Positions 44,265 through 54,103 of a stretch of 64,000 nucleotides of DNA are shown in pieces. A program made the translations under genes and the position numbers. This DNA is from Hyphomicrobiales bacterium (GTDB lineage: Bacteria > Pseudomonadota > Alphaproteobacteria > Rhizobiales > JAJFHC01). Within the stretch, counting starts at the first letter, position 1, and every line of letters starts with the position of its first letter. The stretch is from positions 4,442,356 to 4,506,355 of the forward strand of contig OZ245783.1 of the NCBI GenBank assembly GCA_965227875.1, given 5' to 3'. The notes beneath the pieces are model-generated. The model ran no database searches. It had not been told where the DNA came from and saw only the letters and a program-made list of their open reading frames with translations.

Positions 44265-45401
44265 CTATTTGAGCAATTCTGAATTGTGCTCTCCCAGCCG
44301 GGGAGATGATGTCTTCACGTCGGACGAACGTCGGAACGCTGGTGCCACGGGCACTGTCGTTGCCGGGAGTGTGCCGCCCTCGCCGTCGTCGATGACATGA
44401 TTGAACAGGCCCCGCGCGCGGAAATGCTCGTCGCCAAGCGCTTCCTCCATCGAACGGACGATGCTGCAGCAGCAGTCCCTGCCCTCGAAGGCGGATGCCC
44501 ATCCGGCCGCGTCGCCCGACGCGATGGCGGCCGCGACGCCGGCGATCGTCGCATCGCGGTCCCGGGCATCGTCCCGCAGTTCATCGTCGAGGCCGATGAT
44601 GTCGCAGAACGTCTCCCAGAACTTCTGCTCCAGGGCCGCGACCGCCACATGGCCGCCGTCGCGCGTTGCGTAGAGATGATAACGCGGCGACCCGCCGGTC
44701 AGCAGTTCGCGACCGTTCTCTGGCCAGACACCCGTGGTGCGGCCGAGGGCGATCGCCCAGTAGGACAGCATGAACATGTTGTCCGTCATGGCGATGTCGA
44801 GATGGGCTCCCTTGCCCGTCCGGTCGCGTCTCAGCAACGCGAGCAGGATGTTGACCACCGCCGGGTAGGTGCCGCCCGCAAGGTCCGCGATGAGGGCCGG
44901 CGGGACCACCGGGGCGTCCTTCGGACCCATGCTGAGGGACAGCAACCCGGTATCACCGATGTAGTTCAGATCGTGACCGGCGACCTGCGCCTTCGGGCCG
45001 GTGGCGCCGTAGCCGGTGATCGAGCAGTAGATGATGTCGTCCCGGATCCGCCTCATGTGCTCGTAACCGAGTCCCAGGCGGTCCATGACACCGGGGCGGA
45101 ATTGTTCGAGGACGACATCGGCACTTGCGATGAGCGGGTCCAGCCGTTCCCGTGTCTGCGGGTCCTTGAGATCGATGGCGAGGCTCTTCTTGCCCCGGTT
45201 CAGCATGCAGAAATAGGCCGAATCCGAACCCCATTTCGGCGTGTAGTGACGCATGTCCTCGCCGGTCCCCGGGCGTTCGATCTTGATGACTTCCGCGCCG
45301 GCCTCGGCGAGAATGAGCCCCGCCATCGGGCCGGGCAACAGGGTGCTGAAATCGAGTACGCGGACGCCGTCGAGAGGCTGGTCGGACAGGGTGTCGTTCA
45401 T
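44265..45401 (-). CDS. Family III CoA transferase (CaiB/BaiF, AMACR-like)
   Basis: LPGP, GAEVIKIE, NRGKKS, EQFRPGVMDRLG and GHDLNY motifs. Confidence 0.92.
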   Translation of the reverse strand: MNDTLSDQPLDGVRVLDFSTLLPGPMAGLILAEAGAEVIKIERPGTGEDMRHYTPKWGSDSAYFCMLNRGKKSLAIDLKDPQTRERLDPLIASADVVLEQFRPGVMDRLGLGYEHMRRIRDDIIYCSITGYGATGPKAQVAGHDLNYIGDTGLLSLSMGPKDAPVVPPALIADLAGGTYPAVVNILLALLRRDRTGKGAHLDIAMTDNMFMLSYWAIALGRTTGVWPENGRELLTGGSPRYHLYATRDGGHVAVAALEQKFWETFCDIIGLDDELRDDARDRDATIAGVAAAIASGDAAGWASAFEGRDCCCSIVRSMEEALGDEHFRARGLFNHVIDDGEGGTLPATTVPVAPAFRRSSDVKTSSPRLGEHNSELLK

Positions 45402-45471
45402 CTCGTATTCCTCAATTTCGCGACTTCGAACCGGACTCAATAATAATCTATAACCATTTGTTTTTAAAACA

Positions 45472-46434
45472 TTATGGTATGAATTGACGGTCGATCAGAA
45501 ACAGCATGACGGAGATCGACAGCACCGACAGCATGGTCGAGATCAGTATGACGTTCGAGGCCCCGTCTATAAAGGCCCGATAGCGGGTTGCCAGGATGAA
45601 GACGTTCGCCCCCGTCGGCAGGGATGCCAGGAGGACGGCCACCCCGGCCCATGTCCGGTCGATGCCGCCCACGTGCTGCAGCAGGAACCAGACCAGGAGG
45701 GGGTGAACGATCATCTTGAGAACGAGGACAACGGGGATCTCCTTGCGGAACGCGGCCACCGGGCGGAGCGCCACGGTCACGCCGAGGGCGAAGAGCGCGG
45801 CCGGCCCCGCCGCCCTTGAAAGGGTGGTGAGGAGCGTGTCGAGCGCATGCGGCAGGTCGACCTGCGAGGCCGAGGCGACGATACCCGCCAGCGCGGCGAT
45901 GATCAGGGGATTCTGGCCGATCTCCTTGAGAATGCCCTTCATCAGGTCGAGCGCCGAACGGCCGTTATTGCGGTCGAGCCCCGCAATCACGGGGACCAGG
46001 GAAAACTGGATGAGGTTGTCGAAACAGGCGATGAGCGCCGCCGGCACCGCGGCGCCGCTGCCGAAGGCCGCCACGGCGAGAGGCAGCCCCAGATAGACGA
46101 GATTGCTGTAGCTGGCCGAAGACGCCTGCAGCGCCGATGATGTCATGCTCGACCGGAAGACCAGCACGGCGATGCAGAACATGAGGAAAAAGACGAGGTA
46201 ACTGGACAGCATCGTGACCGCGATGAACGACCAGTTGAGCAACTCCGAGACCGGAGCCTCCATGATGCTCTGGAACACCAGTGTCGGAACGGCGAAATAG
46301 AAGACGAAGACATTCAGCCATGCGAGCCCGGACTCCTCGATCCGGAAGGCTTTTTCGGCGAGGACTCCGAGAAAGATGATGCCGAAGAACGGCAATGCCA
46401 GATTGAAGATGATTGTCACGAGGAATAGCCCCAC
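45472..46434 (-). CDS. AEC family membrane transporter
   Basis: About 10 TM helices, SN..YLGLP, NPLIIA, ALFALG, LKMIVHP and LPTG motifs. Confidence 0.88.
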   Translation of the reverse strand: MGLFLVTIIFNLALPFFGIIFLGVLAEKAFRIEESGLAWLNVFVFYFAVPTLVFQSIMEAPVSELLNWSFIAVTMLSSYLVFFLMFCIAVLVFRSSMTSSALQASSASYSNLVYLGLPLAVAAFGSGAAVPAALIACFDNLIQFSLVPVIAGLDRNNGRSALDLMKGILKEIGQNPLIIAALAGIVASASQVDLPHALDTLLTTLSRAAGPAALFALGVTVALRPVAAFRKEIPVVLVLKMIVHPLLVWFLLQHVGGIDRTWAGVAVLLASLPTGANVFILATRYRAFIDGASNVILISTMLSVLSISVMLFLIDRQFIP

Positions 46435-46575
46435 CCAGCGGCTCAGATGTCGGGTCAGTACCCCCTCGGCGGAAACGGGTCAACCGGGACCGGCCGCTGG
46501 TCCCCGCCCGAATGTCCTATTGCACTGCAACAAGTCTTGGCCTATGTCGGAAGCGACCCGTCCTGAGGAAATCCC

Positions 46576-47619
46576 ATGAAACTGCCAAACCATTTCTATG
46601 AACCGCTGGCGATCGGCGCCCCGGCTCCCTTTAGCGCGCTGCCTGTAAAACTGGAGCGCATGATCCATTTCGTGCCGCCGCATATCGCCAAGCTGCGTGA
46701 CAAGGTCCCTGCCCTCATCGACCAGGTGGACGTGGTGCTGGGCAATCTCGAGGATGCGATCCCTGCCGAAGCCAAGGAAGCCGCGCGAAACGGGTTCATC
46801 GACATGGCGCGCGACAATGATTTCGGTGCGACCGGCTTGTGGACGCGGATAAACTGCCTGAACAGCCCATGGGCCCTCGACGATATCATCGAGACCGTCT
46901 CCGCGGTTGGCGACAAGTTGGACGTCATCATGTTGCCCAAGGTGGAGGGCGACTGGGACATCCACTATCTCGACCAGCTCCTGGCCCAGCTCGAAGCGCG
47001 CCACAATATCGAAAAGCCCATCCTCATCCATGCCATCCTTGAAACCGCGCAAGGCGTTAAGAACGTTGAGGAAATCGCTTCCGCCAGCCCGCGCATGCAC
47101 GGCATGAGTCTCGGTCCCGCCGATCTTGCGGCCTCGCGAGGCATGAAGACCACCCGTGTCGGCGGCGGCCACCCATTCTACGGCGTTCTCGCGGATGGCG
47201 AGGATGGTTCCGACGCGCGCGCCTTTTATCAGCAGGATCTCTGGCACTACACGGTCGCCCGTATGGTCGATGCTTGCGCCGCAGCCGGCATCAAGCCGTT
47301 CTACGGCCCGTTCGGCGACTTCGCCGACCAGGACGCCTGCAGGGCGCAGTTCCGCAACGCGTTCCTGCAAGGCTGCCTGGGGGCGTGGTCCCTGCATCCC
47401 ACCCAGATCGACATTGCCAAGGACGTTTTCAGCCCCGACGCCGGGGAGGTGCGGTTCGCGCTGAAAATCCTCGAGGCCATGCCCGACGGAACCGGCGCGG
47501 TCATGATCGACGGCAAGATGCAGGACGACGCCACCTGGAAGCAGGCCCGTGTCATCGTCGACCTGGCGCGGCTGGTGGCTGAAAAGGATCCGGAACGCGC
47601 CGAACTTTACGGTCTCTGA
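46576..47619 (+). CDS. mcl: CitE-superfamily CoA-ester lyase, Chloroflexus-type malyl-CoA lyase homolog
   Basis: [47 protein letters not shown] and [13 protein letters not shown] motifs. Confidence 0.82.
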   Translation: MKLPNHFYEPLAIGAPAPFSALPVKLERMIHFVPPHIAKLRDKVPALIDQVDVVLGNLEDAIPAEAKEAARNGFIDMARDNDFGATGLWTRINCLNSPWALDDIIETVSAVGDKLDVIMLPKVEGDWDIHYLDQLLAQLEARHNIEKPILIHAILETAQGVKNVEEIASASPRMHGMSLGPADLAASRGMKTTRVGGGHPFYGVLADGEDGSDARAFYQQDLWHYTVARMVDACAAAGIKPFYGPFGDFADQDACRAQFRNAFLQGCLGAWSLHPTQIDIAKDVFSPDAGEVRFALKILEAMPDGTGAVMIDGKMQDDATWKQARVIVDLARLVAEKDPERAELYGL

Positions 47620-47736
47620 CGTCGCCGGTTATCCACCGTCGCGGCGCCAGACCTTTTCAACCGCGCCCGGCCGCACTATTTTTCGGAATATGGACGTAAA
47701 CGGTTTTCATGCGGGCGTAATCAGATCGGTAGTAAC

Positions 47737-48072
47737 ATGGGCAGTGTAGCGAACACGGCGAAATTCAGGATCGGACAGGTGGTGAAACACCGCTTTTATC
47801 CGTTCCGCGGCGTCGTCTTCGACGTCGACCCGACCTTCAACAACACCGAGGAGTGGTGGCTGTCAATTCCGGCGGACATACGTCCGAAGAAGGAACAGCC
47901 CTACTATCACCTGCTGGCGGAAAACGACGAGACCGAATACGTGGCCTACGTGTCGGAGCAGAACCTCCTGGAAGACACCACCGGAGAACCTGTCCGCCAC
48001 CCGCAGGTCGGTCAGATGTTCGGTACGTTCGAAAACGGGATGTATGAAATCCTGTCCCTGCCCACGCACTAG
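47737..48072 (+). CDS. hspQ: Heat shock protein HspQ
   Basis: AKFRIGQVVKHR, GVVFDVDP, QPYYHLLAEN and YVSEQNL motifs. Confidence 0.93.
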   Translation: MGSVANTAKFRIGQVVKHRFYPFRGVVFDVDPTFNNTEEWWLSIPADIRPKKEQPYYHLLAENDETEYVAYVSEQNLLEDTTGEPVRHPQVGQMFGTFENGMYEILSLPTH

Positions 48073-49921
48073 TCGTCACGCCGGCCGTTCGCCTCTCCGG
48101 CTTGGAACCGTCGCAGCCGCGCTGGTCGCTCTCGCGGTTTCGGTCCTCCCGCCCCGGGAGTCACAGGCGGAGCAACCCGAACCGGTCCACGGCATCGCCA
48201 TGCATGGGCAACCGTCGCTCCCGGCGGACTTCGGACACCTCCCCTATACCGATCCGACCGCACCGCGCGGCGGCGGCCTGAGGCTGGCGCGGATCGGGAC
48301 GTTCGACAGCACGAACCCCTACATCGTCAGGGGCGTGCCGGTCTGGGGGGTGCGCGAATACGTCCACGAGAGCCTTCTGGCGCGCAATCTCGACGAGCCG
48401 TTCTCGCTCTATGGCCTTCTTGCCGAACGGATCGTCATGCCGGCCGACCGGAGCTGGGTCGAGTTCCGGTTGCGCGAGGAGGCCCGGTTTTCCGACGGCC
48501 GCCCGGTGGAGGCCGCCGACGTCGCCTATTCCCTCGAAACCCTTCGGGGTCATGGCCGGCCCAATTTCGCGGCCTACTATGACAAGGTGAGCGCGGTCGA
48601 GGTGCCCGACCGCCACACCATCCGTTTTCGTTTCTCCGAGGCCGCGGACAGGGAATTGCCGCTGATCCTCGGTCTGATGCCGGTCATCGCCCGGCACGCG
48701 ACCTCGCCGGAGACATTCGAGGAAAGCACCACCGCGCCCCCGGTCGGGTCCGGCCCCTATGTCATGTCGGCGCTGGACCCCGGAAAGTCCGTCACCTACG
48801 CACGCAACCGCGACTATTGGGGCGACGGTCTGCCCATAAACCGCGGCCGCTACAATTTCGACCGGATCGACATCGTCTATTACCGCGACAAGAGCACCCT
48901 GTTCGAAGGCTTCCGCAAGGGCCTGCACGATTTTCATGTCGAGAAGGACCCGGCCCGGTGGGCGACCGGCTACGAGTTCCCCGCCGTGCGCGACGGCCTA
49001 GTGATCCGGGAGGAGGTCGAAACGGCCCTGCCGTCGGGCATGTCCGCCTTCGTGCTCAACACCCGCCGGCCGAGGCTTTCGGACATACGAGTCCGCCGCG
49101 CCCTCCTGCTCCTGTTCAACGGCGAATGGATCAACCGGAATCTCTATCACGGCCTCTACGAACGCACGCAGAGCTACTACGACAGGTCGGAATTGTCGTC
49201 GCGCGGACGCCCTGCGGACGCCTTCGAGAAGGCCCTCCTGGACACGCTGCAGGTGCCGCTCCCGGCCAGCCTCGAGGAAGGCACATACCTCGTGCCGCCG
49301 GGAGACAGGTCGGGCAGGAACCGCGCCGCCCGGAGGGAAGCCCTCGCCCTGTTCCGACAGGCCGGTTACGCGGTCCGCGACGGTCGGTTGATCGATTCGG
49401 CGTCGAATGCGCCCTTTGAGCTCGAGTTCGTCGTTCCGACGCGCCGCGACGAACGTCTGGCGCTGGTCTACGCCGAGAGCCTGCGCGGGATCGGAATTGG
49501 CACCAGCGTACGCCTGGTGGATTCCTCACAGTTCGAAAACCGTAAGCAAAACTATGACTTCGACGTGATCCCCTACTTCTGGTTCGCGTCCCTTTCGCCG
49601 GGCAACGAACAGCAGTTCTACTGGGGGTCGCAGGGCCGCGACACGCCGGGAACTAGAAACTATATGGGCGCGGAGAATCCCGTTATAGATTCCCTGATTG
49701 CGGAAATGCTGAGAGTCCGCAAGCGCGAGCATTTCGTGTCCACTGTCAGGGCGCTCGATCGCGTTCTCCTGTCGCAGGTTTATGTGATCCCGTTGTTTCA
49801 CCAGCCTCGGCAGTGGATTGCACGGTGGCGGCACTTGGGACGCCCGCAAAGGGACTCGCTGTACGGATACGTGCTGGACGCCTGGTGGCACGATCCGGTG
49901 GGAGGGGGAACGGGTGAATGA
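48044..49921 (+). CDS. Extracellular solute-binding protein family 5 (YejA-like)
   Basis: HGIAMHG, GTFDS.NP, YGLLAE, GSGPY, G.YNFD, SPGNEQ and RALDRVL motifs. Confidence 0.9.
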   Translation: MKSCPCPRTSRHAGRSPLRLGTVAAALVALAVSVLPPRESQAEQPEPVHGIAMHGQPSLPADFGHLPYTDPTAPRGGGLRLARIGTFDSTNPYIVRGVPVWGVREYVHESLLARNLDEPFSLYGLLAERIVMPADRSWVEFRLREEARFSDGRPVEAADVAYSLETLRGHGRPNFAAYYDKVSAVEVPDRHTIRFRFSEAADRELPLILGLMPVIARHATSPETFEESTTAPPVGSGPYVMSALDPGKSVTYARNRDYWGDGLPINRGRYNFDRIDIVYYRDKSTLFEGFRKGLHDFHVEKDPARWATGYEFPAVRDGLVIREEVETALPSGMSAFVLNTRRPRLSDIRVRRALLLLFNGEWINRNLYHGLYERTQSYYDRSELSSRGRPADAFEKALLDTLQVPLPASLEEGTYLVPPGDRSGRNRAARREALALFRQAGYAVRDGRLIDSASNAPFELEFVVPTRRDERLALVYAESLRGIGIGTSVRLVDSSQFENRKQNYDFDVIPYFWFASLSPGNEQQFYWGSQGRDTPGTRNYMGAENPVIDSLIAEMLRVRKREHFVSTVRALDRVLLSQVYVIPLFHQPRQWIARWRHLGRPQRDSLYGYVLDAWWHDPVGGGTGE

Positions 49922-51603
49922 TCCTGACTGATGCGGCGACCATCAAGTCCAACACGGCGTCAGGTGTCTGGGGGCGCGCCGATCTCGGGTCTATTTTTTC
50001 CCGGACGGCCAGGAGCCACCCCGACCGGCTGGCCGTGGCCGATGCGCCCAACAGGTCCGATATCATGGCGGGCCGGACCCGCCGGCTGACCTATGCCGAA
50101 CTCGATCGGGTGGCCGGACGCCTGGCACGCACTTTCCACGATGTTGGGCTCATCGAAGGCGACGTGGTCGCCATGCAACTCCCGAACACGGTTGAACAGG
50201 TCGCGGTTTTCCTGGCCTGCGCGCGGCTCGGGCTGATCCTCTCGCCTGTGCCGCTCATGTGGCGCGAATACGAACTCACCGGGGCCCTGCCGCTGATATC
50301 GCCCAAGGCGCTGATATCGATCACCGACATCGTCGGCCGCAATCATGCGGACATGATGCGTTACGCGGCGGTGGAGATGGTGAGCGTGCGTTTCGTCATG
50401 GCCTTCGGGGAAGATGTGCCCGACGGCGTGATCCCGCTCGACGGCATCTTCGACGATGACGACCCGGAAGCCGGCATGCCGGAACCGACACCGCCGGACG
50501 CCAACAAGGTCATGACGATCTGCTGGTCGGGCGGCTCGCATCCGCAACCCTGCCCGGTGCCGCGGTCCCACAACCAGTGGATCGCCGCCGGGCTGATGTC
50601 GCTGCTCGAAGGCAAACTCCCCCAGGCCGCCCGGGTCCTGTCGCCCTACCCCTTCACCGGCCTCGTGCCCATCGGCGTGTTCTTCGTTCCGTGGCTGCTG
50701 AGCGGCGGCACCTTGTGTCTCCATCATCCGTTCGACATGGACGTGTTCATGAGCCAGCTGGCCGAGAACGAAATCCAGTTCACGGGCCTTCCGCCCGCCG
50801 TCCTCGACGCCTTGCGGAGCGAAGGCGCGTTCGGTTCCGCTGGAGCGGGCGCCAGCCTGGTCTCGCTCGGATGCCTGTGGCCAAGCCCGTACCTGCCGGA
50901 AGACGCCCACGAGCGTGCCGTGGACCTGAAGACGCCCGTCGTGGATATCCGCGCCTTCGGCGAAATGGCCTACGTGGCGCGCAAACGCGTCGCAAACGAA
51001 CGGCCATGCCTCATTCGCCACGGCGAGACGACCGCGCCCTCCGGGTCCGAGGCAGGGCCTGTGCTTCTCTCGACCCGGGTGCGCGGCGGGGCCGTCTCCA
51101 ACAACCAGCAGTCGAGCCTGCTTGCCGGCGACCTGATGATCCGCAGCCCGATGATGTTCGACTGCTTCTTTCCCAGTGCCGTGCCGGGTTCCGACGACCC
51201 GACGCTCGAGCGCGATTCGCAGGGTTATGTGAACACCGGCCTGCGCTGCCAGTTCGTGGGCGCAGGAAAGCCCTCGCTCGATTGTGTACGTCGTGAAGGC
51301 AGCGTCATTTATCATGGCGGCATGTCCATATCGGCGGCCGAGCTCGACAGGCTCTACGCCGGTCATGACCAGTTGTCCGATGCGGCGGCCTTTACCTTCG
51401 ACGATCCTGTCATGGGCGAACGCATCATCGCCGCCCTCGTCCCCAGCCCCGGAATGACGGTCACCTTCGAGGATCTCGCGGGATACCTGCGCGAGCGCAA
51501 GGTCGCGGCCTACAAGGTGCCCGACCGCGTCATCACGGTGAAGATGATCCCGCGCGACGAACGTGGCGAGGTGCTGCGCGACCAGGTGCTCGATCAGATA
51601 TAG
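49918..51603 (+). CDS. Adenylate-forming enzyme-fold protein with degenerate catalytic motifs
   Basis: RLTYAEL, GDVVAMQLPN, DPVMGERI and YKVPDR show the ANL fold, but the P-loop, A5, A7, A8 and A10 motifs are altered. Confidence 0.85.
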   Translation: MILTDAATIKSNTASGVWGRADLGSIFSRTARSHPDRLAVADAPNRSDIMAGRTRRLTYAELDRVAGRLARTFHDVGLIEGDVVAMQLPNTVEQVAVFLACARLGLILSPVPLMWREYELTGALPLISPKALISITDIVGRNHADMMRYAAVEMVSVRFVMAFGEDVPDGVIPLDGIFDDDDPEAGMPEPTPPDANKVMTICWSGGSHPQPCPVPRSHNQWIAAGLMSLLEGKLPQAARVLSPYPFTGLVPIGVFFVPWLLSGGTLCLHHPFDMDVFMSQLAENEIQFTGLPPAVLDALRSEGAFGSAGAGASLVSLGCLWPSPYLPEDAHERAVDLKTPVVDIRAFGEMAYVARKRVANERPCLIRHGETTAPSGSEAGPVLLSTRVRGGAVSNNQQSSLLAGDLMIRSPMMFDCFFPSAVPGSDDPTLERDSQGYVNTGLRCQFVGAGKPSLDCVRREGSVIYHGGMSISAAELDRLYAGHDQLSDAAAFTFDDPVMGERIIAALVPSPGMTVTFEDLAGYLRERKVAAYKVPDRVITVKMIPRDERGEVLRDQVLDQI

Positions 51604-51610
51604 TCGGCCG

Positions 51611-53179
51611 ATGGACCATTCCTATCGCGGAGAACGTCCGCCCGGACGTCTCAATCTCGCCCGCTATTGCATCGGGGCGCAGGCTGAAAACGATCCCGCA
51701 AAAACGGCGCTCGTCGTCGTGGAGGATCTGAACGACCCCTCGGCCCGCCAGACCTGGACATACGGTCGCCTCGACCAGGCCGTGCGCCGGTTCGGCCAGG
51801 GTCTGCGCGACTGCGGGCTCGAACCCGGCGACCGGATTCTGGTGCGCATGCGCAACACGACCGAGTTCGCGTTCGTCTTCTTCGGCGCCATGTCTGCGGG
51901 GATCGTGCCGATCCCCTCATCCGAACAGCTTTCGCCGCGTGAGGTTGCGTATATCCTCGGGGACTCGGGCGCGGCGGCCGTCGCCCTTTCCGACGGTCTC
52001 GACATGCCCGACGACCATTCGGACGTGAACGTTATCCGGGAGTCCGACCTCGAGGCCTTTCACCTGCTTCCGGTGCCGGACTATGCGGACACCCATGCCG
52101 AAGACCCCGCGTTCCTCATCTACACATCGGGTACGTCGGGGAGCCCGAAAGGGGTTCTCCATGCCCACAGGTCGATCTGGGGACGTCGGCCCATGTACGA
52201 CGGCTGGTACGGCATCACCGCTGAAGACGTGATGGTGCATGCCGGGGCGTTCAACTGGACCTACACGCTCGGTGTCGGGATCAGCGATCCGCTCGCCAAC
52301 GGGGCCACGACGGTGGTCTTCACCGGAACCAAGGAGCCGGGTGTCTGGCCTACACTGGTGAACCTTGTGTCGGGGACGATTTTTGCCTCCGTACCAAGCG
52401 TTTATCGGCAGATGTTGAAGTATTGTCCGGACGGCGGCCTGGATATGCCGACCCTGCGGCACTGCCTGACGGCGGGCGAACCCATGCCCGTCGACGTGGC
52501 GTCCGAATGGATCGAACGCACAGGCAAGCCGCTCTACGAGGCGCTCGGCATGAGCGAAATCTCCACATATGTCTCCTGTTCACCGACCGTGCCTGTCAAA
52601 CCCGGCTCTCCCGGACGCGCACAGCCGGGCCGAAGCGTCGCCATACTCCCGATCGAAGACGGCGGGGACGAGCCCTTGAATGCCGGTCGATCGGGCCTTC
52701 TGGCGGTCCATCGTACCGATCCGGGGTTGATGCTGCGCTACTGGAACCGTCCCGAGGAGACCGCTGCGACCTATCGTGGCGACTGGTTCGTCGGCGGTGA
52801 TGTAGCATCCATGGACGAGGACGGATATGTCTGGTTCGAGGGCCGCGCCGACGACGTCATGAACGCTATGGGCTATCGGGTCTCGCCGGCCGAGGTGGAA
52901 GCCGTCGTCTCGGAATGTGCGTTTGTTTCCGAATGCGCGGTCACGGAAATCGAGGTGCGCCACAACGTGTCGGTCATTGCCGCATTTGTCGTTCCCGAAC
53001 CGGGCTGCGAGGTGGACCGCAACGCCCTCCTCGCGCATGCGCAGTCGAGGCTGGCACGCTACAAGTGTCCGCGCGAGGTTGTGGTGGTCGAAAATCTTCC
53101 GCGCACCGGCAACGGAAAACTCGTCCGCAAATCGTTGAAACAGGTGTATGCCGCCATGACGGCGGGCCAAACCTCTTAG
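51611..53179 (+). CDS. Acyl/aryl-CoA synthetase (AMP-binding)
   Basis: YTSGTSGSPKG, GMSE, WFVGGD, GRADD and PRTGNGK motifs. Confidence 0.92.
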   Translation: MDHSYRGERPPGRLNLARYCIGAQAENDPAKTALVVVEDLNDPSARQTWTYGRLDQAVRRFGQGLRDCGLEPGDRILVRMRNTTEFAFVFFGAMSAGIVPIPSSEQLSPREVAYILGDSGAAAVALSDGLDMPDDHSDVNVIRESDLEAFHLLPVPDYADTHAEDPAFLIYTSGTSGSPKGVLHAHRSIWGRRPMYDGWYGITAEDVMVHAGAFNWTYTLGVGISDPLANGATTVVFTGTKEPGVWPTLVNLVSGTIFASVPSVYRQMLKYCPDGGLDMPTLRHCLTAGEPMPVDVASEWIERTGKPLYEALGMSEISTYVSCSPTVPVKPGSPGRAQPGRSVAILPIEDGGDEPLNAGRSGLLAVHRTDPGLMLRYWNRPEETAATYRGDWFVGGDVASMDEDGYVWFEGRADDVMNAMGYRVSPAEVEAVVSECAFVSECAVTEIEVRHNVSVIAAFVVPEPGCEVDRNALLAHAQSRLARYKCPREVVVVENLPRTGNGKLVRKSLKQVYAAMTAGQTS

Positions 53180-53388
53180 ACGAAGGAGCATGCGAATGCC
53201 GCGCGACAGTGAATTGCGGCGGGCGCCGGCGCGGCGAAACCCCATTGCGGCGGGGCTGCGCAACTTCCGGCACAAGGTCGAAAAGGGCCGGAAACAGTAC
53301 GTCCGCCACGAAAAACACAAAAAATCTTCGGTCGATGAAACGGATATGCGACACTGAGGCTATATCCCTTTCACGACCGGAGACAAAC

Positions 53389-54066
53389 ATGTCAGACCGT
53401 ACCGTCCAGATCGACATCGTATCGGACGTGATGTGCCCCTGGTGCCTCATCGGAAAACGCCGTTTCGAAAAAGCCCTCGCCCTCCGTCCGGATGTTGACG
53501 TTGACGTAAGGTGGCGACCGTTCCAGCTCGACCCCACCCTGCCTGAGGAAGGCATGGACCGCCGGGAATACCTTGCGAGGAAATTCGGAGGCGACGAACG
53601 GGCGGACCAGATCTACCAGAACGTGCGGGATGCCGGTGCCCAGGAAGGCATTCCGTTCGCCTTCGAGAAGATCGAGTATTCTTCCAACACGCTCAACGCC
53701 CACCGCGTGATCCGCTGGGCCGCGACGGCAGGCTGTCAGGACGAAGTCGTCGAACGCCTCTTCAACATGTATTTCCTGGAAGGGCGCAACATCGGCGACA
53801 AGGAGGTCCTGAAGGAGGCCGCGGTCGATGCCGGCATGGACGAGGAACTCGTCACGCGTCTCCTCGCCACCGATGCCGATCGCGACATGGTCGAGAACGA
53901 GATCGAACTCGCCCGCAAGATCGGCGTCACGGGCGTGCCGTGTTTCATCGTCGACAACAAGTATGTGGTCATGGGCGCGGAACAGCCCGAGACCATCGCG
54001 GGCGCCATCGACCTTGCCCTCAAGGGCGAAACCGAGGAGCCCGTCAACCAGGCCGGTCCCCAATAG
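53389..54066 (+). CDS. DsbA-family oxidoreductase (FrnE-like)
   Basis: SDVMCPWC, WRPFQLDP, NTLNAH, GVTGVP and GAEQPE motifs. No signal peptide. Confidence 0.92.
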   Translation: MSDRTVQIDIVSDVMCPWCLIGKRRFEKALALRPDVDVDVRWRPFQLDPTLPEEGMDRREYLARKFGGDERADQIYQNVRDAGAQEGIPFAFEKIEYSSNTLNAHRVIRWAATAGCQDEVVERLFNMYFLEGRNIGDKEVLKEAAVDAGMDEELVTRLLATDADRDMVENEIELARKIGVTGVPCFIVDNKYVVMGAEQPETIAGAIDLALKGETEEPVNQAGPQ

Positions 54067-54083
54067 CCCTCGGTGATGTCGGC

Positions 54084-54103
54084 CGGGGCGTGTGAATGCC
54101 CCG
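54084..54103. terminator. Stem-loop between convergent dsbA-like and mfd
   Basis: CGGGGCGT-GTGA-ATGCCCCG. Confidence 0.5.

Noticed and set aside
45441-45481. AT-rich imperfect inverted repeat ACCAT...ATGGT between the AEC and CoA transferase genes
   Set aside because: Imperfect, single copy and overlapping the end of the AEC gene. It cannot be distinguished from ordinary promoter AT-richness.
47629-47637. DnaA-box-like TTATCCACC
   Set aside because: A single 8/9 match with no cluster or other origin features.
47652-47682. Possible RpoH promoter upstream of hspQ (CTTTTC...CACTATTT)
   Set aside because: Biologically plausible, but both elements deviate from CTTG/CCTAT too much to call.
49480-49921. 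Apparently lower-GC codon usage at the 3' end of the SBP gene
   Set aside because: A visual impression only. The frame and family motifs are intact, and a sliding-window GC3 calculation would be needed.
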